From: a virus | Length of the DNA: 64,000 nt | Direction: 5' to 3' (one strand) | Virus record (IMG/VR): IMGVR_UViG_3300025646_000012 | Location: 1 to 64,000 of that record | In this document: positions 43,569 to 53,874 of the stretch, piece after piece | Layout: every line of letters begins with the position of its first letter | Position numbering within the stretch: position 1 is the stretch's first letter | Notes under the pieces: model-generated | What the model saw: the letters and a program-made list of their open reading frames with translations, nothing else | What the model was told of the DNA's origin: nothing | Databases searched by the model: none | Program-made: the position numbers and the translations under genes

Positions 43569-45168
43569 TTCATATAATGGCAACCTAAACGTTAAACGTG
43601 ATGGGGTTGTCCAAAATTTTACCGCACATGAAATACATGAGTATATGCAATGCATGCAAGATCCAGCATATTTTGCAAAAAATTATTGTAGGGTAATTTC
43701 TCTTGATAGGGGTTTAGTACCTTTTAATCTATATCCTTATCAAGAAAAAATGTTTAAACATTTTAATGATAATAGATTTAATATTGTATTAGCTTGTAGA
43801 CAATCTGGTAAATCAATTTCATCCGTTGCGTATCTTCTTTGGTATGCTTTATTTCATCCTGAAAAAACTATTGCTGTTCTTGCTAATAAAGGCGCTACTG
43901 CTCGTGAAATGTTAGCACGTATTACATTAATGTTGGAAAATTTACCATTTTTTCTACAACCTGGTACAAAAGCATTAAACAAGGGATCCATAGAGTTTAG
44001 CAATAATAGCCGTATAGTAGCTGCGGCTACATCAGGGTCCTCGATCCGAGGTATGTCAGTGAACCTTCTTTACTTGGACGAATTTGCGTTCGTAGAGAGA
44101 GCGTCTGAATTTTACACCTCAACATATCCGGTTATTTCGTCCGGTAAAGATACCAAGGTTATTATTACATCCACTGCAAACGGCATTGGTAATATGTTCC
44201 ATAAAATCTGGGAAGGTGCTGTTCAAGGAACAAATGAATATAAACCATTTCGTGTTGATTGGTGGGACGTTCCTGGACGAGATGAAAAATGGAAATTACA
44301 AACCATTGCAAATACCTCTCAGTTACAATTTGACCAAGAATTTGGAAATACATTCTTTGGTACTGGTGATACTTTAATTGCTTCTCATATTCTTTTGGAA
44401 CAAAGAGCTCATGAACATAGGTCATATCTTGAAGGTGGTTGCTTATTAATTTATGATGAGCCAATAAATAATCATAATTATGTTATGGTTGTTGATGTGA
44501 GTAAAGGTCGAGGTCAAGATTATTCAACATTTAATTTAATTGACATCAGTGTTAGACCTTTTAAGCAATCTGCTGTATATCGTAATAATACTATTTCACC
44601 AATTTTATTTCCAAATATCATTTATAAGTATGCAAAAGCATATAATGAAGCTTATGTTATTGTAGAATCTAATGACCAAGGATCCGTGGTTGTAAATGGA
44701 CTTTACTATGATTTAGAGTATGAAAATCTACACATGGAATCTATGATTAGATCAGATAGAATTGGTGTGGAAATGAATAAAAAGGTAAAACGTATCGGAT
44801 GTTCTGCAATTAAAGATATTATTGAAAATCGTAAATTACACATCGTAGATCCAGAAACAATTTTGGAAATGTCTACTTTTATTGCAAAAGGTACTTCATA
44901 TGAAGCATCCGAAGGTAATCATGATGATCTTATGATGAATTTAGTTCTATTTGGTTATTTTGCTACAGGTAGAAATTTTGAAGAATTAACTACTGTAAAT
45001 TTAAAAGAGATGATGTTTGCTCAAAGAGTAAAAGAAATTGAAGATGAATTAGTCCCATTTGGATATATTGAAGATGGTATTTCAAATAATGATACAGAAG
45101 TTCTTGGTGATATAAAAACTGTATGGACAGTAGATAGAGATTTCAAATTTGGTCAAGTGGATTTTTGA
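43561..45168 (+). CDS. gp17: terminase large subunit
   Basis: RQSGKS Walker A, LDEFAF Walker B, STANG, DVS.G.G.DYS, HDDL. Confidence 0.97.
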   Translation: MNDSYNGNLNVKRDGVVQNFTAHEIHEYMQCMQDPAYFAKNYCRVISLDRGLVPFNLYPYQEKMFKHFNDNRFNIVLACRQSGKSISSVAYLLWYALFHPEKTIAVLANKGATAREMLARITLMLENLPFFLQPGTKALNKGSIEFSNNSRIVAAATSGSSIRGMSVNLLYLDEFAFVERASEFYTSTYPVISSGKDTKVIITSTANGIGNMFHKIWEGAVQGTNEYKPFRVDWWDVPGRDEKWKLQTIANTSQLQFDQEFGNTFFGTGDTLIASHILLEQRAHEHRSYLEGGCLLIYDEPINNHNYVMVVDVSKGRGQDYSTFNLIDISVRPFKQSAVYRNNTISPILFPNIIYKYAKAYNEAYVIVESNDQGSVVVNGLYYDLEYENLHMESMIRSDRIGVEMNKKVKRIGCSAIKDIIENRKLHIVDPETILEMSTFIAKGTSYEASEGNHDDLMMNLVLFGYFATGRNFEELTTVNLKEMMFAQRVKEIEDELVPFGYIEDGISNNDTEVLGDIKTVWTVDRDFKFGQVDF

Positions 45169-45183
45169 CCAATTTTAAAAAAT

Positions 45184-45191
45184 TATAAATA
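45184..45191 (+). promoter_or_regulatory. late promoter for gp18-gp19
   Basis: TATAAATA. Confidence 0.8.
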
Positions 45192-45254
45192 ATGGTAATT
45201 GATAGTTTTACCGTATTATGAAAACATATTAATACCACTGAAAAGGATCGAGAT

Positions 45255-46997
45255 ATGGCAATTTTTAGTCCCTCTGAATCCCCAGCAATTGTCGTAAAAG
45301 AGATTGATTTAACAGGTGTAGTACCTAACGTTCAATCTACTACTGGCGCTTTTGTAGGGAATTTTCGCTGGGGTCCAGTTAGACAGGCAACTCTGGTAGA
45401 TACAGAGACTACACTAGCTTCGACCTTTGCAACACCAAATACTACAAACGCTGCGGATTTCTTGTCAGCAGCTTATTACTTGAGATATTCAAGTTCACTT
45501 TACGTTGTACGTGAAATTGATGCAGCTGCACGGAATGCAAATGCCGCTGGCTTAAGTTCAGTTGTAGTTAGAAATAAAAATCACTTTGATTCACTAGATG
45601 GAACTTTTGGTTCCGATTCTGGTGATACAAATACCGGAGCATGGGTTGCAAGATTTCCTGGTGCTCTAGGTAATTCATTACAAGTTTCAATCTGTCCTGT
45701 TGGTTCAGATTCTAATGGAACATACTTTTCACAATGGGCTTATGTAGCTCAGTTTGATGGAGCTCCTGGTACTTCAGCATATGCAAGTGCCAGAAGCGGA
45801 GCAAATGACGAGTGCCACGTAGTTGTTATTGACCAAGATGGTCTATTTACTGGAACTCCTGGTACCGTACTTGAAAGATATGCTTATGTATCTCTTGCAT
45901 CTGATGCAAAGAATGCAGATGGTTCAACCAATTATGTTAAAGACGTAATTAATAATGGATCAGCATACATTTATCTTGCAACTTTTGAAGGTACATTAGA
46001 TGATTTAACAAATGCTGGTACCAGCGCAGCAAATCAAACCTTTTCTGCATCAGCAACAGATGTAATTACAACGTCACTTACAGCCGGTGTTGATTCAAGT
46101 ACTCTAGGTACTGCGCAGTACGCAACAGGCTTTGATCTATTTGAAGATGTTGATACCATTACCGTTGACTTCCTTATTGCACCAGGTCTTGCATCTTCTG
46201 CAAATCAGGTTACTGTTGTTAATGATCTAGTATCAACTGCTCAAACAACCCGTAAGGATTGTATTGTTGTAACATCACCTAACAGAGAAGCAGTTGTAAA
46301 TGCAGCAACACCAGTTGCTACATCAATCATTACTACTGATCAATTTACTCGCTCATCATACTTGGTAGTTTCAAATAACTATCTAAAAGTATATGATAAG
46401 TATAATGATCAATATATCTTCATTCCGGATGCTTCATCAGTTGCTGGTATCATGGCTGCTTCAGATCTTTCAACAGCTCCTTGGTACTCACCTGCTGGAC
46501 AAAGACGTGGTGCTGTTCTTGGTGTAACTGGTCTTGCTTATTCTGCAACCAAAGCAGAAAGAGATACACTCTATAAAGCAGGTGTTAATCCAGTTGCAAA
46601 TATTCCTGGACAGGGTACACTCCTATTCGGTGATAAAACATTCCTAGCTAGACCATCAGCCTTCGACCGTATTAACGTTCGTCGCTTGTTCCTAACTATG
46701 GAAAGAGCAATTGCAATTGCAGCACGTAACGTTATGTTTGAATTTAACGATGAATTCACACGTGCGGAATTTGTAAATATCGTGGAACCATTCTTGAGAG
46801 AAATCCAAGGTAGACGCGGTATTACTGATTTCCGTGTAGTCTGTGACGAAACAAATAATACGGCTGCTGTTGTGGATAGAAACGAATTCATTGCTAACAT
46901 CTTCATTAAGCCTGCACGTTCAATCAACTACGTAACTCTAAACTTCGTAGCTGTTAGAACTGGTGTGGACTTTGAAGAAGTTGTCGGCACTGTATAA
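45255..46997 (+). CDS. gp18: tail sheath protein
   Basis: SP...V.EIDLT, G.F.WGP, PW.SPAG..RG, FDRINVRRLF, FEFND..TR, KPARSIN. Confidence 0.97.
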   Translation: MAIFSPSESPAIVVKEIDLTGVVPNVQSTTGAFVGNFRWGPVRQATLVDTETTLASTFATPNTTNAADFLSAAYYLRYSSSLYVVREIDAAARNANAAGLSSVVVRNKNHFDSLDGTFGSDSGDTNTGAWVARFPGALGNSLQVSICPVGSDSNGTYFSQWAYVAQFDGAPGTSAYASARSGANDECHVVVIDQDGLFTGTPGTVLERYAYVSLASDAKNADGSTNYVKDVINNGSAYIYLATFEGTLDDLTNAGTSAANQTFSASATDVITTSLTAGVDSSTLGTAQYATGFDLFEDVDTITVDFLIAPGLASSANQVTVVNDLVSTAQTTRKDCIVVTSPNREAVVNAATPVATSIITTDQFTRSSYLVVSNNYLKVYDKYNDQYIFIPDASSVAGIMAASDLSTAPWYSPAGQRRGAVLGVTGLAYSATKAERDTLYKAGVNPVANIPGQGTLLFGDKTFLARPSAFDRINVRRLFLTMERAIAIAARNVMFEFNDEFTRAEFVNIVEPFLREIQGRRGITDFRVVCDETNNTAAVVDRNEFIANIFIKPARSINYVTLNFVAVRTGVDFEEVVGTV

Positions 46998-47018
46998 TAG
47001 CGTCAGAGGAGAAATAAC

Positions 47019-47549
47019 ATGGCTATTCTAGGAGTTGATGACTTCAAGTCCAAATTAAGAGGTGGTGGCGCTAGACCGAATCTATTCAAAGCGACCATTA
47101 ACTTCCCAGCTTATGCACAGGGTGATGTAGAAATTACATCATTCCTTTGCTCTGCTGCTCAGCTACCGGCTTCAACAATGTCAACTATCACAATTCCTTT
47201 CCGTGGTAGAGAATTGAAAATGGCAGGAACCAGAACATTCGATAGTTGGACTCCGACTATTATAAATGATACCGACTTTGCAGTCCGTAATGCTATGGAA
47301 CGCTGGATGAACGGTATGAACAATCACAGACAGAATACTGGTCTTACTAATGTAAACGATTATTCTGCAGATCTTATTGTTGAACAACTTGACAAAGATG
47401 GGTCAACACTTAAGACTTACAACTTCCGTGGTTGTTTCCCGACCGCCGTTTCCGCAATTGAACTTGCCTATGGAACAAATGACGTCATTGAAGAATTTAC
47501 TGTTGAATTCCAAGTTCAATATTGGGAATCCGTTGGTACTACCAGCTGA
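47019..47549 (+). CDS. gp19: tail tube protein
   Basis: GGARPNLF, PFRGR..K.AG.RTF..W, IEEF.V.F...YW. Confidence 0.97.
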   Translation: MAILGVDDFKSKLRGGGARPNLFKATINFPAYAQGDVEITSFLCSAAQLPASTMSTITIPFRGRELKMAGTRTFDSWTPTIINDTDFAVRNAMERWMNGMNNHRQNTGLTNVNDYSADLIVEQLDKDGSTLKTYNFRGCFPTAVSAIELAYGTNDVIEEFTVEFQVQYWESVGTTS

Positions 47550-47564
47550 TAAATAAAGATATAA

Positions 47565-47586
47565 GGTAGGGCTTAACGGCCCTACC
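47565..47586 (+). terminator. stem-loop between gp19 and gp20
   Basis: GGTAGGGC-TTAACG-GCCCTACC; weak U-tract, so may be a stabilising hairpin. Confidence 0.55.
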
Positions 47587-47611
47587 ACTTCAATTTTTCT
47601 AAGGATAGATT

Positions 47612-49201
47612 ATGGCTGACGGTCCAGTAATGAAATTATTTGGCTTTGAATTAAGAAGAGCCAACCGTGAAGTAAAAGATAAGATTCCTTCTATAGTACC
47701 TCCATCTGATGAAGATGGTGCAGGTTATGTTACTGCGTCTGGTTCCCATTGGGGTCAATACATTGACTTTGATGGTGATAATACAAAAGATGCGGTTGAA
47801 TTAATTCAAAGATACAGAGCAGTATCCATGCATCCAGAAGTGGACATGGCAATTGATGAAATTGTAAACGAATCAATTACAACATCAGAACTAGAAGCTC
47901 CTGTAAAACTAAATTTAGATGAAGTTGATGATTTAAGTGAATCGCTTAAAAAACAATTCCAAGAAGAATTTGATAATATACTTGATATGTTATCATTTAC
48001 CGACAATGGTTCCGATATGTTCAAGCGTTGGTATATTGACGGAAGAATAGTACATCATCTTCTTATAAATGAATCTAACCCTAAAGCTGGTATCCAAGAG
48101 ATTCGTCCAATTGATGCACTTAAGATCCGTAAAGTAAAAGAAATTAAAAAGAAAAAAGATCCTAAAACTGGCGCATCAATTGTAGATACTGTAAGTGAAT
48201 TTTATATTTTCCAAGATAAGATTAACGGTAGTAATAATTATTCAAATAGTCATAATGCCGTTAGAATTTCTCCTGATGCAGTTAGTTACGTTACGTCAGG
48301 TTTGCTTGATGAACAGCGTAGAAAAGTAGTTTCATATCTTCATAAAGCATTGAAGCCGATTAATCAGCTTCGTATGATGGAAGACTCACTTGTTATCTAT
48401 CGTCTGGCTCGTGCTCCTGAACGCCGTATTTTCTATGTTGATGTTGGTAACCTACCACGTGGTAAAGCAGAAGAGTACATGAAGAATATCATGACTCGCT
48501 ATAAGAATAAAATTGTATATGATGCTGCAACAGGTGAGATTAAAGATGATCGTAAGCATATGTCAATGCTTGAAGATTTCTGGCTACCACGTCGTGAAGG
48601 TGGTAAAGGAACTGAGATTACAACGCTACCTGGTGGTGAAAACCTAGGTCAGATCGACGATATTATTTACTTCCAAAAGAAACTATATCGTGCATTAAAT
48701 GTTCCGGTAAATAGACTTGAACAAGAATCACAATTCTCTCTTGGTAGATCATCCGAAATTTCCAGAGATGAACTTAAATTTCAGAAGTTTATTGATAGAC
48801 TACGTAGAAGATTCTCTAATCTATTTCTAAATATTCTTAAGAAACAATTAATTCTAAAAAACATTATTACTGAAGAAGATTGGGAATCTTGGAAGTCAAA
48901 TATTATTGTTGACTTTGTAAGAGATAATCATTTTACAGAATTAAAAGATGCGGAAATTTTCCAATCAAGATTAAATGTTCTTTCACAAGCTCAAAATTAT
49001 GTTGGAGAATATTTTTCTAAAGAATGGATTATGAGAAAAGTACTTTATTTAGATGATGATGAAATTGAGAAAATGAAAGAAGAAATGGAAGCGGAAAAAG
49101 TAGAAGCACAACCGCCAGAAACCGAACAACCTGAACAAGATCAAGAAGAAGATCAAGAATCAGGTAATACACATACTATTAACTTAAAGGTGGCAAAATG
49201 A
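47612..49201 (+). CDS. gp20: portal protein
   Basis: WY.DGR, SYLHKA.KP.NQLRMMED..VIYR..RAPERRIFY.DVGN, EDFWLPRREGG.GTEI.TLPG. Confidence 0.98.
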   Translation: MADGPVMKLFGFELRRANREVKDKIPSIVPPSDEDGAGYVTASGSHWGQYIDFDGDNTKDAVELIQRYRAVSMHPEVDMAIDEIVNESITTSELEAPVKLNLDEVDDLSESLKKQFQEEFDNILDMLSFTDNGSDMFKRWYIDGRIVHHLLINESNPKAGIQEIRPIDALKIRKVKEIKKKKDPKTGASIVDTVSEFYIFQDKINGSNNYSNSHNAVRISPDAVSYVTSGLLDEQRRKVVSYLHKALKPINQLRMMEDSLVIYRLARAPERRIFYVDVGNLPRGKAEEYMKNIMTRYKNKIVYDAATGEIKDDRKHMSMLEDFWLPRREGGKGTEITTLPGGENLGQIDDIIYFQKKLYRALNVPVNRLEQESQFSLGRSSEISRDELKFQKFIDRLRRRFSNLFLNILKKQLILKNIITEEDWESWKSNIIVDFVRDNHFTELKDAEIFQSRLNVLSQAQNYVGEYFSKEWIMRKVLYLDDDEIEKMKEEMEAEKVEAQPPETEQPEQDQEEDQESGNTHTINLKVAK

Positions 49202-49458
49202 GCATTGAAGATTTTATTAATAACGTAATGGATAAAGATTATACCACTGCACAACTAACGTTTGCAGATCTTATGCAAGCAAGAATGCAAGATGCACTTG
49301 ATCAACAAAAGATTGTTGTAGCTGGACAAATGTTTGGCGAAGAAGAAGATACTGATGATATTGAAGATGAAGATCTAGAAGATGCCTTTGAAGATGAAGA
49401 TCTAGAAGATGAAGATTTAGAAGATGACAACATAGAAGAAGATGACGAAGACGATTAA
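49198..49458 (+). CDS. gp67: prohead core protein (gp67-like, acidic tail)
   Basis: Position after gp20; D/E-rich C-terminus. Confidence 0.65.
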   Translation: MSIEDFINNVMDKDYTTAQLTFADLMQARMQDALDQQKIVVAGQMFGEEEDTDDIEDEDLEDAFEDEDLEDEDLEDDNIEEDDEDD

Positions 49459-50071
49459 TGAAAATGATTATAAGAATATTTCACTTAATCATTTAAATTT
49501 TTGTCTATTAAATCAAAATCTTTTTACTGATGAACATTTTTCTATTATTCAATATTCAAATCCTATAGTATTAGATAGATATTTTTCTATTGGTAGACAA
49601 ATTTATAATGAAATAGCAAGAACACCCAGATCAAATACATATTTAAATATGGGAATGGGCGCTGGATTTTTAGAATATTATGTAAAGAATTATGGTAAAA
49701 TAAATTTAGAATCAGTTGAATGGGATCAACAAAATGAACATTTTTCTAAATTACGAAAAAGCTTTGACGTTGATGATCAATTAACATATACTTGTAATAA
49801 TATAAGAAATAACGATTTTAAAATATTTAATTGTGATAAAATGTATGATTTTATAATTTTAACAAGATTTTATCCTATTAATAAAAAATATTCGGATACA
49901 CTAAAAGTAAAAGAAATATTAAATAAACTTAAAATTTATTCAAATAAATTTATTATAGTTGATAATCCTATTAATTATAGATCTGAAACATTAGAATATT
50001 TTGAAAGTAAAAAATGTAATAAACTTCAGTTAAATAAAACTGATTTAAATCCTTGGATTATAGAACTTTAG
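49442..50071 (+). CDS. class I SAM-dependent methyltransferase-like protein
   Basis: YLNMGMGAGFLE motif I, SVE motif II, YDFII; very AT-rich; exact start uncertain. Confidence 0.6.
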   Translation: MTKTINENDYKNISLNHLNFCLLNQNLFTDEHFSIIQYSNPIVLDRYFSIGRQIYNEIARTPRSNTYLNMGMGAGFLEYYVKNYGKINLESVEWDQQNEHFSKLRKSFDVDDQLTYTCNNIRNNDFKIFNCDKMYDFIILTRFYPINKKYSDTLKVKEILNKLKIYSNKFIIVDNPINYRSETLEYFESKKCNKLQLNKTDLNPWIIEL

Positions 50072-50084
50072 AATTTTTATTTTA

Positions 50085-50092
50085 TATAAATA
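50085..50092 (+). promoter_or_regulatory. late promoter for gp68-21-22-23
   Basis: TATAAATA. Confidence 0.8.
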
Positions 50093-50116
50093 ATTACAAT
50101 TAATAAAGAGTATGAG

Positions 50117-50314
50117 ATGAAAACACTAAAAGATCTAAGATCTAAATCAGAAACCAAAAAAATTAATGGTTACCCTGTAACATTCACAAATGCACCAGGT
50201 GGTAAAGTAAAGGTAACTATTGATGGTGATGAATTAGATACATATCCTACTCAAGCCGAAGCCGAAAAAATGGCTAAGGAATTTATGAAGCAATACAAAG
50301 GTAAAATGAAATGA
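50117..50314 (+). CDS. small prohead-associated protein (gp68 position)
   Basis: IDG..LD.Y.....AEK.A.EF; synteny. Confidence 0.6.
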   Translation: MKTLKDLRSKSETKKINGYPVTFTNAPGGKVKVTIDGDELDTYPTQAEAEKMAKEFMKQYKGKMK

Positions 50315-50973
50315 AGTTGATTGCAGAGTATAATGACCAACATCTAGAGGTTATTACTGAAGCTCGTGAAAATGGTGGTAAGAATCATTTCATTGAAGGC
50401 GTGTTTATGCAATCAGAATCAAAGAATAGAAATGGGCGTATTTATCCAAGACCTGTTATGGAACAAGCTGTAAATAAATATGTCACAGAACAAGTTAAGA
50501 CTGGTAGAGCAGTAGGTGAATTAAATCACCCTGATGGTCCTACCATTAACTTGGATAAGGTATCCCACAAGATTGAAGCCCTTGATTGGAAGGGCAATGA
50601 TGTTGTGGGTAAGGCACGTATACTAGAAACTCCAATGGGTAATATCGTAAAAGGTTTACTTGAAGGTGGAGTCCAACTAGGTGTGTCAACTCGTGGTATG
50701 GGTAGTCTTGAGGAACGTAATGGCGTAATGTACGTCAAGGACGACTTTATTCTTAGTACGGTTGATATCGTACAAGATCCATCTGCACCGACAGCTTTCG
50801 TCAATGGTATCATGGAAGGTGTAGAATGGATTTGGAATAACGGCATTATTGAGCCTCAAGTAATTGAAAAAATGGAGACTGAAATTAAGACTGCATCACG
50901 TACTAATCTCTATGAGACACAGGTTCGTGAGTTCAAAAATTTCCTCTCGTTGCTGAAAAAGAAAACACATTAA
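50311..50973 (+). CDS. gp21: prohead protease
   Basis: IEG.FMQ....NRNGR.YP, GEL.HP, GVSTRGMGS, DIV.DPSAP.A. Confidence 0.97.
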   Translation: MKLIAEYNDQHLEVITEARENGGKNHFIEGVFMQSESKNRNGRIYPRPVMEQAVNKYVTEQVKTGRAVGELNHPDGPTINLDKVSHKIEALDWKGNDVVGKARILETPMGNIVKGLLEGGVQLGVSTRGMGSLEERNGVMYVKDDFILSTVDIVQDPSAPTAFVNGIMEGVEWIWNNGIIEPQVIEKMETEIKTASRTNLYETQVREFKNFLSLLKKKTH

Positions 50974-50983
50974 GGAGTCAAAC

Positions 50984-51916
50984 ATGACTGATCAAGTAAA
51001 AGAACAGGATGTTGAGCTCGACGACGAGATCGAAGAAGCTCATGATCCTAAGAATGCAGAAGAGCAATCTATTGCTTCAGTAGCCAAAGCTGCAACTGCA
51101 ACCAAACAGGCACCTGCACGTAAGGGTGACAAAAGAAATTCAGAGCCAAGCCACCTCAAGGCAGCTCCGAAGAATGGGTCAGCGAAAATGGAATCTGCAG
51201 ATGTAGATATAGATTTCAATGACGAACTCGGTTCTCTAGTAGAATCAGAAGCAACTCTTTCAGAAGAATTTAAGGAAAAGGTTTCACTTATCTTTGAAGC
51301 AAATGTGAAGGCAAAAGTTGCGGAAGAAATCGATCGTCTTGAAGAAGCATATGCAACTCAACTTGAAGAAGAAGTATCTGCAACTAAAGCAGAGCTTGTA
51401 GAAAAAGTTGATAGCTACCTCAACTACGTGGTTGAAAATTGGATGGAAGAAAACAAACTGGCAATCCAGTCTGGTCTTCGTGCGGAAATTGCAGAGGATT
51501 TCATGAAGGGTCTTAAGACTCTATTCACTGAATCCTATGTTGATGTTCCTGAATCCAAGGTCGACCTAGTAGACGAACTTCACAGTTCAGTAGAAGATCT
51601 ATCTGATAGATTAAATGAAGCAACTGAAGCACTTCTGCAATCAGCTGCTGTAATCGAGTCATATCAGCGTGAAGAAATCATTCGTGAGCATTCACGTGGT
51701 TTAGCTGATACTCAGATAGAAAAGCTAAGAACTATGGTTGAAGGTTATGATGTTGATGAAGACTTTTCAAGAAAAGTTGAAACCATCAAAGAATCACTCT
51801 TCACCAAAAAAGCTGTAATCACTGAAAGCGTAGAAGAAGATGACACTACTGATACAGTAGAAGTTTCAGCAACTATGGCTCAGTATCTTGCAGCAATCCG
51901 TAAATCAAGTAACTAA
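50984..51916 (+). CDS. gp22: prohead scaffolding protein
   Basis: LSEEFK.K...IFEA, VD.YL.YVVE.W..EN, F..GLK.LF.E. Confidence 0.93.
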   Translation: MTDQVKEQDVELDDEIEEAHDPKNAEEQSIASVAKAATATKQAPARKGDKRNSEPSHLKAAPKNGSAKMESADVDIDFNDELGSLVESEATLSEEFKEKVSLIFEANVKAKVAEEIDRLEEAYATQLEEEVSATKAELVEKVDSYLNYVVENWMEENKLAIQSGLRAEIAEDFMKGLKTLFTESYVDVPESKVDLVDELHSSVEDLSDRLNEATEALLQSAAVIESYQREEIIREHSRGLADTQIEKLRTMVEGYDVDEDFSRKVETIKESLFTKKAVITESVEEDDTTDTVEVSATMAQYLAAIRKSSN

Positions 51917-51938
51917 TAATACCAAGGAGTAAATTCCA

Positions 51939-53291
51939 ATGATGGAATCATATGACAATCTAATTAAAAAATGGGCTCCCGTTCTTAATGAAGAATCAGC
52001 CGGCAAAATCGCAGACTCTCACCGCCGTGCAGTTACTGCAGCGGTTCTAGAGAACACTGAGAAGGCTCTTCAGGAACAGCGCACCCAGCAGAACTTCCTA
52101 GCAGAAACTCCAGCAAACAATGTTGCTTCTGCTTCAAACTGGGATCCAGTTCTTATCTCACTCGTACGTCGTGCAATGCCAAATATGATTGCATACGACA
52201 TCTGCGGTGTGCAGCCAATGACTGGCCCAACTGGCTTGATCTTCGCAATGAAGTCACGCTATTCAGCAGGTAATACCAATGCAACTGAAGCGCTTTTCAA
52301 TGAAGCAAACACTGCATTCTCAGGCGACTCATCAGTCACTCAGACTTCAGGTCCATCAGGTCTTTCAGGTCTTGCGGATGACTCTTCAAACTCTGATCCA
52401 GTTCGTACTGTTGACTCATCTATCGATGATGCTCGTGGTACTGGTCCAGATGTTGCTGGCGGTATGCCAACTGCAGATGCAGAACGTCTAGGTTCATCTG
52501 CTTCAGGTTCAACTTTCAATGAGATGGGCTTCACCATTGAACGTGCAACTGTTACTGCAAAGTCACGTGCATTGAAAGCAGAATACTCACTAGAACTTGC
52601 TCAGGATCTTAAGGCAATTCACGGCCTTGATGCTGAGACAGAACTAGCAAACATTCTGTCAACTGAAATCCTTGCAGAAATCAACCGTGAAGTTGTTCGC
52701 ACTATCAACAGCCAAGCTAAGACTGGTGCTCTTACTTCAAACGTTGCTATTCAGGGTATCTTCGACCTTTCAACTGATGCCGACGGCCGTTGGTCAGTAG
52801 AAAAGTTCAAGGGTCTGATCATGCAGATCGAGCGTGAAGCTAACGTAATTGCAAAAGAAACTCGTCGTGGTAAGGGTAACTTCATCCTTTGCTCATCAGA
52901 CGTAGCTTCTGCACTTGCAGCTGCTGGTATGCTTGACTACACTCCAGCTCTTTCAACTAACCTAAACGTTGATGATACTGGCAACACTTTTGCTGGTGTT
53001 CTTAACGGTCGTACTCGTGTGTACATCGACCCATATGCGGTTGCTGACTATGTAACTGTTGGTTACAAAGGTACTAACGCATACGATGCTGGTCTCTTCT
53101 ACTGCCCATATGTACCTCTAACTATGGTACGTGCGGTTGGTGAAGCAGACTTCCAGCCAAAAATCGGCTTCAAGACTCGTTACGGTATGGTATCCAACCC
53201 ATTCGTTGGTTCCACTCCTGCAAACGGTCTTGCAACTGCTAAGACTAACCAGTACTACAGAATCTTTCGCGTGGACAACATTCTGCAGTAA
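51939..53291 (+). CDS. gp23: major capsid protein
   Basis: LVRRAMP..IAYD..GVQPM.GPTG.IFAM, AKSR.LKAEYS.ELAQDLKA.HG, YCPYVPL, FQPKIGFKTRYG. Confidence 0.99.
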   Translation: MMESYDNLIKKWAPVLNEESAGKIADSHRRAVTAAVLENTEKALQEQRTQQNFLAETPANNVASASNWDPVLISLVRRAMPNMIAYDICGVQPMTGPTGLIFAMKSRYSAGNTNATEALFNEANTAFSGDSSVTQTSGPSGLSGLADDSSNSDPVRTVDSSIDDARGTGPDVAGGMPTADAERLGSSASGSTFNEMGFTIERATVTAKSRALKAEYSLELAQDLKAIHGLDAETELANILSTEILAEINREVVRTINSQAKTGALTSNVAIQGIFDLSTDADGRWSVEKFKGLIMQIEREANVIAKETRRGKGNFILCSSDVASALAAAGMLDYTPALSTNLNVDDTGNTFAGVLNGRTRVYIDPYAVADYVTVGYKGTNAYDAGLFYCPYVPLTMVRAVGEADFQPKIGFKTRYGMVSNPFVGSTPANGLATAKTNQYYRIFRVDNILQ

Positions 53292-53300
53292 TCTGCTAAT

Positions 53301-53327
53301 AAAAAGGGAGGGGAATCAACCCCTCCC
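53301..53327 (-). terminator. intrinsic terminator for the convergent early genes
   Basis: GGGAGGGG/CCCCTCCC stem with TTTTT on the minus strand. Confidence 0.75.
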
Positions 53328-53336
53328 ACACAAACT

Positions 53337-53362
53337 AGGGCGGCTTCGGTCGCCCTTTTTTT
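53337..53362 (+). terminator. intrinsic terminator after gp23
   Basis: AGGGCGGC-TTCG-GTCGCCCT-TTTTTT with a C(UUCG)G tetraloop, typical of T4. Confidence 0.9.
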
Positions 53363-53657
53363 ATGCTACTTTCCAGTCAAAGCTATCCTTGGTTTCAAGA
53401 CTTTCGGCACCATCGTACTCAGTAATGATAAACTCAGTACCAATAGGAATCCATTCAATCCTTACACCACTGGCACCACCTGCATAACCAAGGGCTTCAT
53501 CATCACAGATACGTACGATCTCATCAATTTTACCATCCAAAAACAATTGGTTGAAACGTGCATCCATTGGATCAATTTCGTTCCAAGTGGACCAACCAGC
53601 ACCAAAGCCACCGGATACGGCAACTGCTACCATTCCATCACGAATAATCTTTTCCAT
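53361..53657 (-). CDS. conserved phage hypothetical protein
   Basis: VAV..S.GFGAGWSTW...W.P.G..F.I.EYDG.E. Confidence 0.75.
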   Translation of the reverse strand: MEKIIRDGMVAVAVSGGFGAGWSTWNEIDPMDARFNQLFLDGKIDEIVRICDDEALGYAGGASGVRIEWIPIGTEFIITEYDGAESLETKDSFDWKVA

Positions 53658-53659
53658 TT

Positions 53660-53872
53660 TTATACTCCAAGAATCCTAGAAATTTCCTTTGATTCACTCG
53701 GTAGAGGTTTACCGGTCATCATATGTTCTTCTAATTGTTCAAAATAAAATGCTGAATCAGGTTCGTCTGCATTTTTTAGAATATTTTTACATTCACGGAA
53801 GAAGTTTTTGAGCCTCATATCTTGAAGCCCATCACTTGCTGCGGCTTTATGTGTTTTACCTGCACGTTGCAT
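53660..53872 (-). CDS. hypothetical protein
   Basis: 70 aa ORF closely spaced with neighbours in the early cassette. Confidence 0.65.
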   Translation of the reverse strand: MQRAGKTHKAAASDGLQDMRLKNFFRECKNILKNADEPDSAFYFEQLEEHMMTGKPLPSESKEISRILGV

Positions 53873-53874
53873 TT

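Noticed and set aside
46571-46927. Antisense ORFs inside core genes (e.g. 46571, 50526, 22051, 29465)
   Set aside because: Shadow frames expected from codon bias; no RBS, promoter or recognisable motifs.
49330-49458. gaagat-rich low-complexity tract as a separate repeat element
   Set aside because: It simply encodes the acidic tail typical of gp67-like core proteins.
53131-53487. 118-aa plus-strand ORF overlapping the gp23 end as a frameshift extension
   Set aside because: No slippery site seen; the frame runs through two terminators and into a convergent gene.
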